A stretch of 64,000 bases of DNA. Source: Sphagnum compactum (Eukaryota). The notes beneath the pieces are model-generated. The model was given only the letters and a program-made list of their open reading frames with translations. It ran no database searches and was not told the origin of the DNA. Where the stretch lies: assembly GCA_965153455.1 (NCBI GenBank), contig OZ234493.1, positions 14,932,213-14,996,212 on the forward strand. The letters are read 5' to 3'. Below, one piece after another: positions 50,675 to 64,000 of this stretch (position 1 is its first letter; each line of letters starts with the position of its first letter). Both the position numbers and the translations under genes were made by a program.

Positions 50675-52538
50675 TGGGAACCAGTTACCTAATGTTTGAC
50701 CAGTTCTAAGATTTTTTTAATATTGAGAACCGCAGTTATATATCAGAGTCGGTTCTCAGATGTTTGACAACCACCGTTCAATACATCAGAGCGAGTTATT
50801 TGATTTTTGAGAGTCACAGATACAGAGTCCATTGGAGAACCGCCGGTTATCAGTTCCCCTGGGGTCTGACAACTGCCCAACATGGATCTGCACACATAAA
50901 TCAGCTGCTGCCCCGAAAAATGTTTTTTTTTTTTTTTTTCTGGGACAGGATATGGGGGGGGGGGGACTAGAAATTGTTTGCTAAAGAAAATGAGGGGCTG
51001 GTAAAAATAGAATAAAATAAAAAATCGATTAGGTTTAATTTAATTAATATCACAAGACCTAATCCTGGAACTTGCTGAACTGGAAGTAACACGTGGCGAG
51101 TTCCTATTGGGTGGGCGGTGACAGGAGTGTTGGTGGGGACTGGTGCCATAGGCTGGGTTCTGATTGGCTCTTCAGATTCCTGAATCTTGAAGCAGGATGA
51201 AGAGTTATGACTGACTCCTCGGTGGGTATCTTCAATAAGTCGGCGCTGCCTGCCGCGCAGCGCAACCGGTTGCTCGGGTTTTTTTACCCCTCTGCCCGGG
51301 TTCCGCTTTTCACTTTTTTAACCTTCCACCTCCAACAGATATCATCCATCCCCTCAGTTACCTTGAAGACCTATTCCCCCAAGTTACTATTAACCTCCTC
51401 CCCTATTACATACCTAGGTTGTATTAGGGTTCTCTCCCCCCCGCCCCACCAAATTGCTGATATTAAAAAATTGGTGCATTTTCTCCCAAAAAATAGAAAA
51501 TTTAGTCAAATTTACATTAATTTTTTTATTTCCAAATTTTTAAATAAAAAATTTGGGTTTTATGTATGTGCAAATGTATAGTCACATATCTTATATACCA
51601 CAAAAATAAACTTTTTTTTTCCCTCACTTCATTTGAAGAATTGTCATTTGATCAAACATAGGGATGGGTCATGAAATGCTAGATTAAGACCCGCTGGTGG
51701 GGAGGTTCCTGAAAATAGTGGGCCTAGGACAAGGCCATTAGCTGAGTCTGACCCCACATTTTGGAGAGGTCCCTCAACTCTGGGGCCTAGCCCATAATAA
51801 AGGACCCCGACAACGTTATCATAAGCCTAGACATACATAGATCATGGGGCAAGGCCGTAGGAACAATGATTATGGTAAGCCTAAACATATGTAGATCACC
51901 ATCATGCAATAGGAGTGAAAGACACCTTTTGCCTACAAAAAGCCTCTTAAGTTAACCTCTTTTTTGTTGGCAAATCTGTATAAGCTAAGGTAAACCTTCA
52001 AATACACTGGGAAATTCCTTTGAAGTGAAAACCCATAGAATTCGATTGTCCGTGCATTTCTTTTCTTTCGGGGAACTCTTGAACATGTCCATAAACTCTT
52101 GTTAGTTTTTCCCATGTTCATCCATGCTCATCACTCACATGAGTTCATCCCTCACATAAGTTTACCTCGCTCCAAGTTTCAACTATAAGATGCATACATA
52201 ATTTACTATGTATAAAAACCTCTCCAGATTGTTCTAGTGCATTTAGAGAGTGTGTTGCAAGAGCTAAAGACCAAGGGGCATCTTGGAAATTCAAACACAG
52301 TGCAAGCAAGTTTGGGCATTTCATTTCCCAAAATGTTCATGTCGTTCTTTCCTCGTGATACTTGATGGGTACCACATGAAAACACTAAATAACAAAATCC
52401 AAGTGTGATCTTCATGCTTAGGAAGGCTCTCATCGCCGCTCGACCATAAGCTTTGCCAGAATGGGGCTTGCGCTCATCTCCACCTCACACATGCCCTCAT
52501 TCCATTAAAGCCCATGGCCTTGGGCTTTACCCTAAACG

Positions 52539-52570
<32 letters not shown>

Positions 52571-53807
52571 GCCACTTTCTACGGAATGACAAACGACATC
52601 AGGCCCCAGCTTCCCCAATCCCTCACCCCACACACCCACATGGAGTGCAAACCCCTAAACAAAATGAAATCCAAGTGTAAGATGTGTGCGCATTGGATAT
52701 TGTGCGGATCTAGTGCCAGCCCACATTTACCTAGTATGTGCAATTTTGGTATATACATGAAAGTTGAGGGTAGGAAATTATTTTTGTTGTTTTCTTACAA
52801 GTGCTGGTGGGGCACTCGCTCAATTAATGAAGGCACCACCACCCAAGTGATGAAGAGGGAGGTAGAATATCAAAACACCTAAGAACTCTTAAAATGCACC
52901 AAAGTATGTATCTTAAGATTGAAATGCTTAAGAGTATGCACTTTAAGAGAATTCCATCAAGAGAATTAAATAGGGGATACCCCACATGTAGAATTTAAAA
53001 TGGCATCCAATACCAATTGTATCAACAAAGCCGAGTTAATGGTTTTTTGTGGGAATTTGTGTGTGTTTGTCTCTCTCTCTCTATATGCGACCTTTTCAGT
53101 TCTAAGGCAAAATGTTCCCTTGAGGATTCTCAAAATCCCCATCTTGATGACACACTTTGTCTTTTAGCAACTTCATGATCATCTTTTATTTCCATACGTG
53201 TTTGTGGTAGTGGCTATTAACCTTGTTTTCTACCACCTTCAAACTTGTTTGTTTGTTTCTTTTTTCTTTTTGGGTTGGTTATGGTTGACAAGTTCGTCCC
53301 TCATCAGCTCTTTCTCTAAGTCTACTATCCCAACCAAACAAGTTGTTATAATTTGGCATCTACCTAATAATGTGCATCTTGTGGGAACCCAAGAAAAACC
53401 TGGCCCTTACTTGTCCCCGCATCTTCCCCAAAAAATAATTATTTTACTTTATTTGATGACGTTGGAGATCTAGTTGATTTTAGGTCTATTTTCCCACTTT
53501 CAAGTGAGTCGAGTTTAATCCATTGGTTTAATTTTGTTTCCAAATTCTGTTCAAGAGAATACGTATATGGGCAATGATTGCTCAAGGGTTATACAAATAG
53601 TATTGCCATGTTGATTCCTTCATTCAATCCCCATTTGTTTCCCCCAATTTTTGAAAACATACAAGAAAGATGAAAATAAGAGCATAGGTATTTTCTAAGA
53701 GTTGGGCAATTCCTTGGTTTTCAGTATTAAAGTAATGTTGATGTTCTTGTGATCCAGACCCAAGCTCGTCCTTTTCTTAAAATCAGGATGAGAACTAGAT
53801 CATGGAA

Positions 53808-54084
53808 CTAGCAATTGGTCTTGCCTACCAAGGCAAGGATATTGTGTTTAGATTCAGTATAGAGTATAGTAGCTTAAGGGATTTTGGCCCCTAGATTAGT
53901 GGTCTATTTTTATATGAGGATTTTTGAAAGATGATATTTCGGCTTGTGTTGAAACTTGAGATTAGTTATAAAGTCATAATATCTCCAAGGAATTTTGGTT
54001 TCTCGTAGAGGATTTTTTTGAAGATTATATTTTTGCATGGTGAAATATTTGAGTAACTTCCATAATTCTTCTTTTGCCTTAAGA
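53808..54084 (-). mobile_element. Non-autonomous Helitron-like element, family B
   Basis: The minus strand ends with the hairpin cttgcc-ttggta-ggcaag, then accaattgCTAG|T. The candidate 5' end is A|TCTTAA at 54084. The body matches 10153-10320. Confidence 0.65.
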
Positions 54085-57000
54085 TACTTTTAAATGTAAA
54101 TGGCAAGGCCACAATGTGACACACACCCCTTGTTAAAACTAGAATCAAAACTATAACCTTGAAAATTCAACCGTTGCACACATGTTCAAGTTCTTTAGGT
54201 GAGCAAATTTATTTTTTTTGAAAAGTTGGCAAGTAACTATTAATTTTAATTAATTATAAAACTTCACACCTATACAAATCTCAGTTTTTATTTGTTTGCA
54301 CTTATACAATCTCTAGCGTTTGGGAATGTGAGGTGTATACATGGAACTAGATCCAAAATTTTAATTGGGGTTGGAGGTTTTAGAATTTGTGAAAAATCCT
54401 CTAAAGCCAGATGGTTTAGATATTGGAAGAATTGGTTTCAAACCCACACCGTGGTAACCTTTTAAACTTTCAACTTATTTTTTTTTTAAAGAGTCAAAAT
54501 CAAAATTGAAGGTTCTCTTAAAAAGTAAGAGTTGGCCATCCGTGATATTTTTCCCAAATTTTTTGAATGTTTTTACAAAAATCAAGAGTTAAGCATAGGT
54601 AGTTTTTGCCCAAAACTCTGATTTTTCCTTTTAAAAATGCACAAGTAATGTGTAAGAACCCTGTCTCTAAATAGTTGTTATACATTGAAAGGTTAGTTCA
54701 CTCAAGATAATTAAGAAAACAAACTCAAAGCACCAAATCCAACACTCCCATTGGCCTCAAAAAAAAAGAATCTTGATGCTACACACAACCCTGTTTTGCT
54801 CAAAATTGAAAATAACAGTTCCTTCCTACCATTTCCATTTTGGTCCTCTAAAATTCTCACAAACCTACCCAACCTTCTTATTATATATCTAATTACTAGG
54901 TCACTAGAGATAACAAAAATAAATAAATTCAGACCACCAAATCCAGCAATTTCATTGGCCATAAAAAAATAATTCACCTGTTCACACAAGTGCATTCAAC
55001 ACCCTCTATGTATTAATACATTATCACTATAATGAAGAGTTGAGCATAGGTTTTACAATATTGTACAAAGTCCACAAGGATGGTAGTGTAGATAGGCCAA
55101 TGAGCAAACACTTAAAAATTCAAAGGAGGTTGAACTCTCACACATTGTTTCCTGCTTGTGAAACTCAAATAATATTCGTAGGCCTATTGCTTCCAACATC
55201 ACAAAATTTGCTCAATTTGATAAAGGAACAAGGAACATATGGGGTGTTTGGTGTAAGAGGATTCAATTTTTGATGATTGGTGAATTTTTAAAAATTAAGA
55301 TTTCGAGCTTAAAATCTTTGATCATTGCATTCTTCTTGCCTTTGGAATACAGAGAATTTTCATAAAAGCCCTAGGTGGTGCACCCATCAGATTTTAAATC
55401 GCTCAAAACAAACCAAATATGAGGAAGATATGAGGCTGGAGCTAGAGAGAGGTTTTAAGTTATTTGAAAAAATTGAAACAAATTATCACTCATCCTTGGC
55501 TTGCATTTTCTCCATTGCTCCTTTACTTCTGATGCTCAAGAAACATTTGTAATAGACCTTCAGTTTGTGTGGCCAATGACACAAAGATCGTTCAATTTGG
55601 TTAAGGAATGAGAAAAATATTTGATGATAAAGTACATGTTCAGTGATGCGCGATTCTATGTCACAGATAAAAAGTTGAGAGAGGTCTCCTTGACCAAGTT
55701 CACGAGCATCAGTCAGAAGGCAAGTGTCTGTATTTGAACCTACTGAATAGAGTAAACTGAGTTACTACAGTTGCAACTGCATGTGTTCGCCCCTGGCCTT
55801 GTTTCGGAGGCCAAAAAGTGCTTGGCCTCAATGCTAGGGATGATGATGATTCACTGGTAAAGGAGCTCCTGGGAAGTTGGGACCACAGAAGCTCCTGGGT
55901 TCAAAACCAAATGGTGTCCATGTGAAACTCCTGTTGGCCTTCTACCAATGAGCTTGACTTGGGGTGGCGATGGCTTGTCAGGTCAGATCTACTGTTGTTG
56001 TACTTTGAAAAAACAAGGAAAACAAAAAATCTAGAGAAAAAAAATGCATTTAAGTGCTTAATGTAAGTGCTTGGCCTCTTCACTCAAGTATTTGGGCAGA
56101 GGATCCAAGAGTATGGTACTCAGATACACACTTGGGATCAATCCGGGTCTCCTTCACCTCCAATCTCAAAAATGGCACGTGCTGCTGCTTCGATTCCCAT
56201 CGAAGAAGAATGGGTGAAGTAGCAGCGGACTCGTCTTCCCAACAAACAAAAGAGTCCCGCCATTCTCGTCCATTTTCATGGGCTGTTATCGTGATGACTA
56301 CAGACTTCCTTGTACTCATGTGCTTTTGTTTATAGTTCTTAACAGATTCAAAGGGAGGAAAGAATCCAACAACTTTGCTTTCCCCAACTGTTTAGAATGT
56401 GGGTGTTGTACTTGCACAAGAAGAAGGGCACAATTTTGGTTTCTCAAGGAAAGAAGTATAATGATAGGATTATTATCTTTTCTTTTTTGGTGTGTTTGTA
56501 GGTACCTTAGAGTGTCCTCACTAGTGGCACTGCCCAGCTGAGTTTGGATGAAGAAGAGCAAATATTATGTTGTTGGTTTTGAGGGCAGCACATGGCTTCG
56601 GGCCAGAGCATTTGTGCACAGGATGTTGTCTATAGCAAAGAACCTTTCAAAGTTTAACACCTGCTATCGATTGGTCAAATTCATAAATTGGTTCGAATGA
56701 TTTGATATTAGTAATCTCTCACCTTTTGTAGTCCTAATTTCATGTTTATAGATGAGCCATGAGAAAGAGGAAGCCAACCATCTTGGATGTAAGGTTTATG
56801 TTTTTAGAGGCCCAAATACGTGGTACCGGTGGAGCTGCTCTGAAGCATAAAATGTATATGTATCTGTAGGAAAGATTCTTGTGACTAGGTATTACAAAAG
56901 CTTCTTTCCTTCTTCTTTTCTTTTATCGTTGATCGTCACTTCGTAGTCATGAGTCCTATTTGCATAGGATTTTTACCTTATTTTTGTTGATTGTTTGCTT

Positions 57001-60000
57001 TTGTTTTTTCTTTGGGTTGTGTCTACCTGTGCTCTCGTTTGCCTTGTACTGGGTTCCCCTCCTTGATTTGTTTTATACAAGGTTGTTCTTCTAACTACAA
57101 CAGCTTTGATACAGCATCAATGTTTTGTTTTGATTTTTGATTTTTCTTTTTTTCCTCGGTCTTTGTAAACTAGATGAATAGGTAGGGTGTTCTTAGGAAG
57201 GGCTATTAATCCAGGCCAAAAATAGTGGCAGCCAATTTTACGAATAGAATTTCATTGCAATCAATGAGAAGTTGAGTCATGGAATTAAAGGGGGGTGAGG
57301 GAGGTTTTTTTCTAGTTGTGTTTGGGTTTAGGGTTTAGGGTGAACTGTTCACTTTCCACTTGGACAGTCAACTTTCAAATGCAAGCTGGGGGGGAAGGGG
57401 GGTTCCCAAGTTCCTAACATGTTCCCCAAAGAGTTTCCAATAGGACCTCACTTTATATGAGATGCTTTGGCATCCTTTCACCTCACTAGAGGAAGATGAT
57501 TTAGTGTGATTCATATCAATTAGATCATGAGAGGGGTGTTCACAACTTTTTCTTTTTTATTAAAAAGGAGCTATGTTGATTGGCCCATCAGCAATTTTTT
57601 TGAAAATTGGGCATGCCCCCCATAGAAGCACCCCATAGAAGTACCTCTTTGGACCCCCAGTTGCAAAATTTAAACAGTTATGCTCCATTGGATTTCACCT
57701 TTTTAGTGTATATACATGGGAGTTGAACTTCAGGCAAACCATATGGAATAAAGCCCAGGTGCAAATTGGGAACATTGTGGGGGAAATGCATTTGAGAACA
57801 CTTTGGGAGCTTGGGAACTTGATGAGAACACATTGAGAACATGAGGAAAAAAAAAACCAGAAAATCCCTTTCCCACTACCCCCTTCTAAAAGAAAAAAAC
57901 TAGACCAATCATGAGTGTGCAATGCTGAGCCTTCCCATTGGATGCATGAAATTTTTCATCACCATTTTTGGCCTAGGCTAATGGCTGGGGCAGAATTTTG
58001 GGGACATTAGTAATGAACCCGAAGATGTTAATGACAAAAGTGTAGTTAGTGGTTTGACAACAACCTCCTCAACCCAGTTTAGGAGACCGAGAAACAAAGC
58101 TTGAACCAAATTGCAGACCAAGAAACATGCATTTGTGATGCAAACAACAAGAGGCAAAAATGATCTGGTCTCTCCAACAAGCACAGAGCCATGATTTGTT
58201 GGGCTTGGGGCGAGTTGAGGGGGATCTTTGAACTTCGTAAAAGGTGGTAGATCATGATTTCTGTTCCCTAATTTTCAAAGTGCTTTCGAATGTCAAAAAA
58301 GGTTTTAGATTCCACTATGATAGACAATAAGATTTTTATAGTGTTGGGAATGTTGGATTCATGTCCACAAGGGTGGGTGAATTGAACCTGCAACCATCTA
58401 CAAAGTAGGGTTTAGCCCTAAACCCTAAACCTCATGCTACCCACCTCATTGGGCTTTTGCCTAACAATTTATAAATATGATCTCATTATAAAATTGAATT
58501 TCACTAGGTTTGTTTCCTACTTCAAGCACTCAAGGGAATTTCCTAGTGTATTTGGAGGGCACCATATTTGGAGGGCACCATATACGCTTACATAACGCTC
58601 CTAGAAAAGAGGATACCCTTCCTTTAAAAAATTGTGATACCCAACATCACATTTTGACTAATTTTGCTAATGGGTATTCACATTCATGTTTTCAAAAAGC
58701 ATTTGATTCCGTGCATATCATATTGCCCACATATTAATATGTTCCTCATTTCTTGTCCTTTTTTAATGGTTTTCATGGCTATGGCTGCATCAAGTCTAAG
58801 TTTGCAATACTTCTTTGACCTTTGGAGGTAGCTAAGCAACAAAAAAAAAAAACAAGAACAAAATGAGCATGTATAAAGAGAAAAATGCGTGGAAAAAATG
58901 GATTATAGACAAAAAATTTCAAACCTCATATCCTTTTCATTTTTTGTTGATTTTGAGCAATTAAAAAATATATGGGATGTGTTAATTTGAACCCTACAAC
59001 TTGTATATAAACTCTAAAACTTTGAGCTTTGTCCAAGGATTTTAAGTGATCTAAAAGTTGTAATGTTCAAACATCAACATGTTTACCCTAGTTGTTTAAG
59101 CTACACATCAATCTAATATGATCTCATGAATCAAATCAATTCATACATGGATTCTATTGGACAACACCAAGTGAATATTGCCATATGGATAACTATCAAT
59201 TATAACTAAAATGTTTATTGTGTATCATTAATAATAGACTCTCAAAATATTGAAACAAAAATGAAGGAATCACAGTAGTTCAATAGGCAATACCTAACAT
59301 GACATAATTGTACTTATTTTTTTGATTTGACACATAAATACAATGTATCTAAGATGATGGGAGGAGTATGTCATATGGCTAGGAGTTGTATTTTATACTT
59401 AAAGCCAAGCAAAAAGGAAAAATGAAAGAGGTAATTGCAACAACATGAAAGGTAGCTATAGCAAAAGGTAGCAATTTCAAATGGTGAAAGTGGTTTGTCC
59501 TTCTTGGGACATCCTACAATAAAGTTGAATTTTCATTAGGAAGGTTAACTACCTTCATGATATAGTATTGAAATTTTACATTGGTTCAAACATTCTTCTT
59601 TATTTTTTGAAAAATAGGATTACTTAGTGGAAGGCAATCCCAAGTTAGAATTATTTTACATTTTAAATTATTTTTATACTCAACAATCCTTCCTTGGTGT
59701 GGATTTGGGACTATTAAGTCCATGGATATGTACATTTGGCGACCATATTGTGAATCTTATTCCAAAATGAAATGTTGGTTGGGAATGTTCATTGTTGTTT
59801 GGGTTTATATGGCATCTTTGTTTTTAGGTTATTGTAAGCAATTTGAGCATTCGTAATTATGTAGATGGTAGGCCATATTGAAAAGTATTTTCTATTGCCA
59901 ATTGGCATAGTTTGTGTCCCTAAGCAAATGAAGTTGTGAAAGGTCAAGAAGTGTTATGAGGGAAGGTTTAGATTTTTTTAAATCTAGGATTTGAAATGAG

Positions 60001-63000
60001 AGAATGTGGAGGTAGGATTATCCACTTGAAAGGTAGTAGACACTCTAAGACCAATTTTTTTCATTTTTAATGTCAAAAATTTTTAATTTTAATTTTTTTA
60101 GCAAAACTAATCGAATGTACACTAGAAAAAACTTCCAAAACTTCCCCAAGTGTTTCGTCAAAAAATGGCAAATGCATCATAAGCAAAAACATTACCTAAA
60201 ACTTTAGCCCAACCCAAAACTTGGAGCTCTTACCTAACCCAACATTTCACATATATTTTTTATGGTAAAAAAAGGAAGGATGGTAAATATTGTTGACTAA
60301 CAAAGGGAGGATTATTTTCGACAAAATTGACCTTTGCAATAGTACCATGAATCATACAATGATACAAGGTTATAAGAAGCAACTAGACCATATTTGGAGG
60401 AAATAGAAATGGGGGGTGTAAACGTAGGTCATTTTGATGGGACAACAAAGGATTGGCACTAAACCATGATGGTAACCATGGGTGCACGTAACCCTAATAG
60501 TTCAACATGGAAAGACCCCTAGAGAGTTGAAAGGTAAATATCACCCATTGGGTAAAAGCACACTACAATGGAGTTATTTAGATGTCACAAAGGCAAAACA
60601 TTTTGGGTTAGATACATATTTTAATAAAACCCATATGCAAGTTGAGAATTCCAAAAAAAATGGATTCAAATAAGTGAAAACTAACTTCTTACCCCTTCTA
60701 AGTTTCAAACAATTACACCAATAACAGTAATATTCAATGAAAGATGGACTTTGTAATACAAGTAATTCCTAGGTCATGGTCCATAGAAAAATGTGTTATG
60801 GACACATTGATTATCAGAAAATTGAAGGTTTTTTTCATAAATTTGGAACATGTTATACTTTCAAAGGTTATGACATTTGAGATTAAAGTTTTAGAAAAAT
60901 TGAAGTATATGATGGATTTTATAATTGGTTATTACGCACAGTAATAGTCCAATTTTTTTCAAGTCCATCACATATTCAAAAGAATTTTTTTCATGACAAA
61001 AACTAAATGGAGGTGTTCAAAAAGGTTGAAACTAAAGCATCATTAACTTGGACATGGAAAAATATGCCAATTTTAATATTGTTTCAAGGTTTTTTTTCAG
61101 TTTTTGTCTAGTTTTTTGTGTTAAAAAATACATTAGAAAATCTCCCAAAATGGTCTTTGTAGTTGTCGTTTTTGGTCCACCCTAGTGTGTTTTCACGCCA
61201 TTTGTACCATTCCCAATGGAGGGAAAATGGAACCTAGGAGAGAGGTTCAAATGAAGAGGAAAACAAAACTTGTGCTTCCTTAGTTGGGAGAAATTTGAAA
61301 AGTAAAATGATGGGAGGGCATGGGGTGTCTTTTTTTAGGGAGGACCTAATGTTCAAGTATTTTGAAAGACAACCATTGCAATGGTAATTGATGCACAAAT
61401 TTCATAAAATCCAAATTTTCAATAAGGGGAATATAATGGGGAAATGGTAGTTGTTCACGAAGGTAATATAAGTTTTCAAAAAAGACAAAATATAATAGCT
61501 CAAAATCTACATTTTACTCAAGTGTTCACAATAGTTACCACCATGGGAACCCCATCTATGATTCCCTTCGAAATGAAGGTGGTAAACACGGATCTAAAAT
61601 ATGAATAAAAGCAAATAATAAGGAAGATTGAAATTTTGTGATAAATGTTTATGGTGAATAATACTAAATAGCAAATCTACTTCCCCAAGGACTTGTCGAC
61701 ATGGGTATGGTTATTTTCTACCCTCATAAAGATGCCCAAGGTAATTTTAAAGCATTTTCATCCATCACAAATCATAGGAAATTTATGGGGTGAAAATAAG
61801 GATTTATACAACTTTTTTACTCTAAAAGGATGGTATGCAAGTAGAACTTAGGATATATCATTTAGTTGCAAGTTTTGTGGTGAAATAGGGCATTAGGAGA
61901 TAGGAATCATTATCACCTTTCAATTCTAGATGACAAAAGGGTATTTATTCAAAACCCTTTATGGGAATCATTCAGGGGAGGACATGGAGATAAGACCATG
62001 ATGACCCCCTCCCCCAAAGAGTCAAGAAGAAGAAAAACATGAGGATGGTAGACCTAATTGATATGGAAGGTAATTGAAAGCACCCTAAACCAAAGAGATA
62101 ACCCCCAAACTTTTCCAATGCTTTGGGGGCAAATGCCTTCAATGAATAGATATCCAAGTTGGGTACCTCCTATGTATGGGATGGGACCACAAATGTGCCC
62201 AAGGTTTATAAGGATCTAAGTGCCCAAGACTAGAATTACACACTCATCCCAACCCACAATAATATTGGGCAATGGCCACAATCAAAACATAGTTCAACCA
62301 AGCATATAAGGTTGGAAGGCAAGTTGGAAATACTAAACAAAAGTTGTCATAAGTAATTAATCATAGAATATTGTCACAATTACATCATAATAACCATTCA
62401 TTAATTTAGGCAATAAAGTATGAGACCTCCTTAATGGATCAATAAATTCATCATTTGATTCAAATATTGAGGGAACAATAGGAAGGGACCACTTCAACCC
62501 CCCCCTCCCCTAGCATTAGGATTGGTAGGAGCACCATTTGGTTGGAATCTTTATTTTCCATGGTATCCCACGATGCCACCTATGACAATACCCTCTTCCA
62601 TAACAAAAGGTAACATTTGTTTTTTAAATTACCTTTAGTACACCAAAAATTCGGTAGATGTGGAATCTATAATATAGGAAAATTAACAATGTGAAATCAA
62701 TATACCTTGATTTACATGAGCCATTTTGCAAGATTTCACTAGACATTTATCATAAAAACATCTCCATGTAATTTGTGTAATGTACATCTTAAATTTGAAA
62801 ATTGAGCATCTAAATTATTGTTTTCAATGAATAAAAGACTTAATAAAAAGAACCCATAATTTAAGGTACAAAAAAAAATGTGTTCATCAAAATCCTTTCA
62901 AAAAGTCCTCCTTGGTATCAAGTCACCACATCATACTATCATTGAATACTTTATTTACTGAAAGGCATTATATGAAGATGCATTGAATCCATATTCATTG

Positions 63001-63379
63001 ATTGTGGATTGTGACAAGGTTTTTGGTAATATTTTATAAGTCCATTATGTTATGACATTCATCAAATTTATATAATGTGATTATACCATATAAAAAATTG
63101 TAGCGTCAAGTCCTTTTTCATTTTAATCATTTTGTTTAATCATATAGCTAATTGCTAATTGCAAACTTGTAAAATTTGCCACATTATAACATTTTATGGA
63201 AGGTGTAGTGTGCTTTCACCTAAGCAAGATACATTAATTCAACACTTAGAAGATTAGTGGTAATTTGTGAAAAGAACTCAACTAATGCATATGGTAATCA
63301 AGTTTTATTGGATGTATATCCGATGATGAAAGGAGACAAGAAGAAAATAGAAAAACAATCTACTTGGGGTAGCAAGCAA

Positions 63380-63615
63380 GGGGAGAAAGAGATTCACTAC
63401 TACATAAAATTTAGCCACTCCAAAGACAAATGTTTTTGGAACCTTAACAATCTAGGTAACTTGAAGGAAAAGTTGGAAGTAGTAGTGAATGAAGTTTCAA
63501 GCCAATAATCGAAGCAAGGTACATGGAAAAAAAGGAAAACCTAAGGAGGTATTGTTGGTAACACCTCTTTAATTTGCTACACATGTAACCAACTAGGTCC
63601 CTTGGCAATGTTACT
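63380..63615 (+). mobile_element. Degraded gag-like CCHC zinc-knuckle remnants (probable LTR retrotransposon relic)
   Basis: The translations IHYYIKFSHSKDKCFWN (~63390-63440) and LICYTCNQLGPLAM (~63569-63610) fit decayed CX2CX4HX4C knuckles. No LTR or pol sequence was seen. Confidence 0.5.
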
Positions 63616-64000
63616 AAGTCATCCTTGATTAAAAGATGCTGAGATAATTCATGATTTGGGTACCAATATGGTTATGATTAGAAATAATGATATGCTAAAA
63701 ATTGTTTTGATTTCCAAATATTGAAATGGCAATGTCAAGAGGCCATAGGTGATAATTAGTCACAAATTCACCAAAGGCATCACAAACAAAAGAATTTTTT
63801 TGGCCTTTAAACTTGATTTTTTTCTTATTAAGGTGATTACTTTGCTTGACTAAATGGGAATTGAACCACATATCCAATTCAAAGAATAACTATGCATAGT
63901 GGAAATTAATGAGATGCCCACCATGTAGAAGGAAAAAGCCTAAACATTGCTAAGTGGACATTACCCCAACAAGTACATGTTAGAAAAGTCAACATGGGCA

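Noticed and set aside
1..64000. tRNA, rRNA, snRNA or miRNA genes, and a prokaryote-type operon or defence system
   Set aside because: None was recognised by eye. tRNAscan-SE and Infernal would be needed to exclude small RNAs. The intact genes are functionally unrelated, so no gene cluster is claimed.

Overview
Eukaryotic nuclear DNA from a land plant: GT-AG introns, TTTAGGG motifs and AT-rich intergenic DNA full of degenerate repeats. A moss or other bryophyte is inferred from the SnRK2 sequence. Four apparently intact genes are recognisable: a 7-exon gene with the conserved domain of plant SAP/C3H62-type proteins plus a C-terminal SHI/LRP1-like Cys/His cluster (16702-20253,+), a 9-exon subclass III ABA-type SnRK2 kinase (34670-37332,+), an intronless SH4/ASR3-like trihelix factor (40365-41888,+) and a 2-exon PIG-Y (43683-44360,+). 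There is also a candidate 135-aa orphan single-pass membrane protein gene (10691-11334,-). The first 7 kb is a decayed mosaic of unrelated coding fragments: a GIY-YIG endonuclease remnant, one NHX antiporter exon, eight internal exons of a plasma-membrane H+-ATPase and unidentified exons. This pattern suggests transposon-captured cargo. The rest holds non-autonomous elements (a 665-bp Helitron nested in a tandem array inside a foldback element, a second Helitron family, Mutator-like and hAT-like MITEs), hierarchical tandem arrays and a gag zinc-knuckle remnant. Exon coordinates were read by eye and family assignments come from recalled motifs, not from searches.
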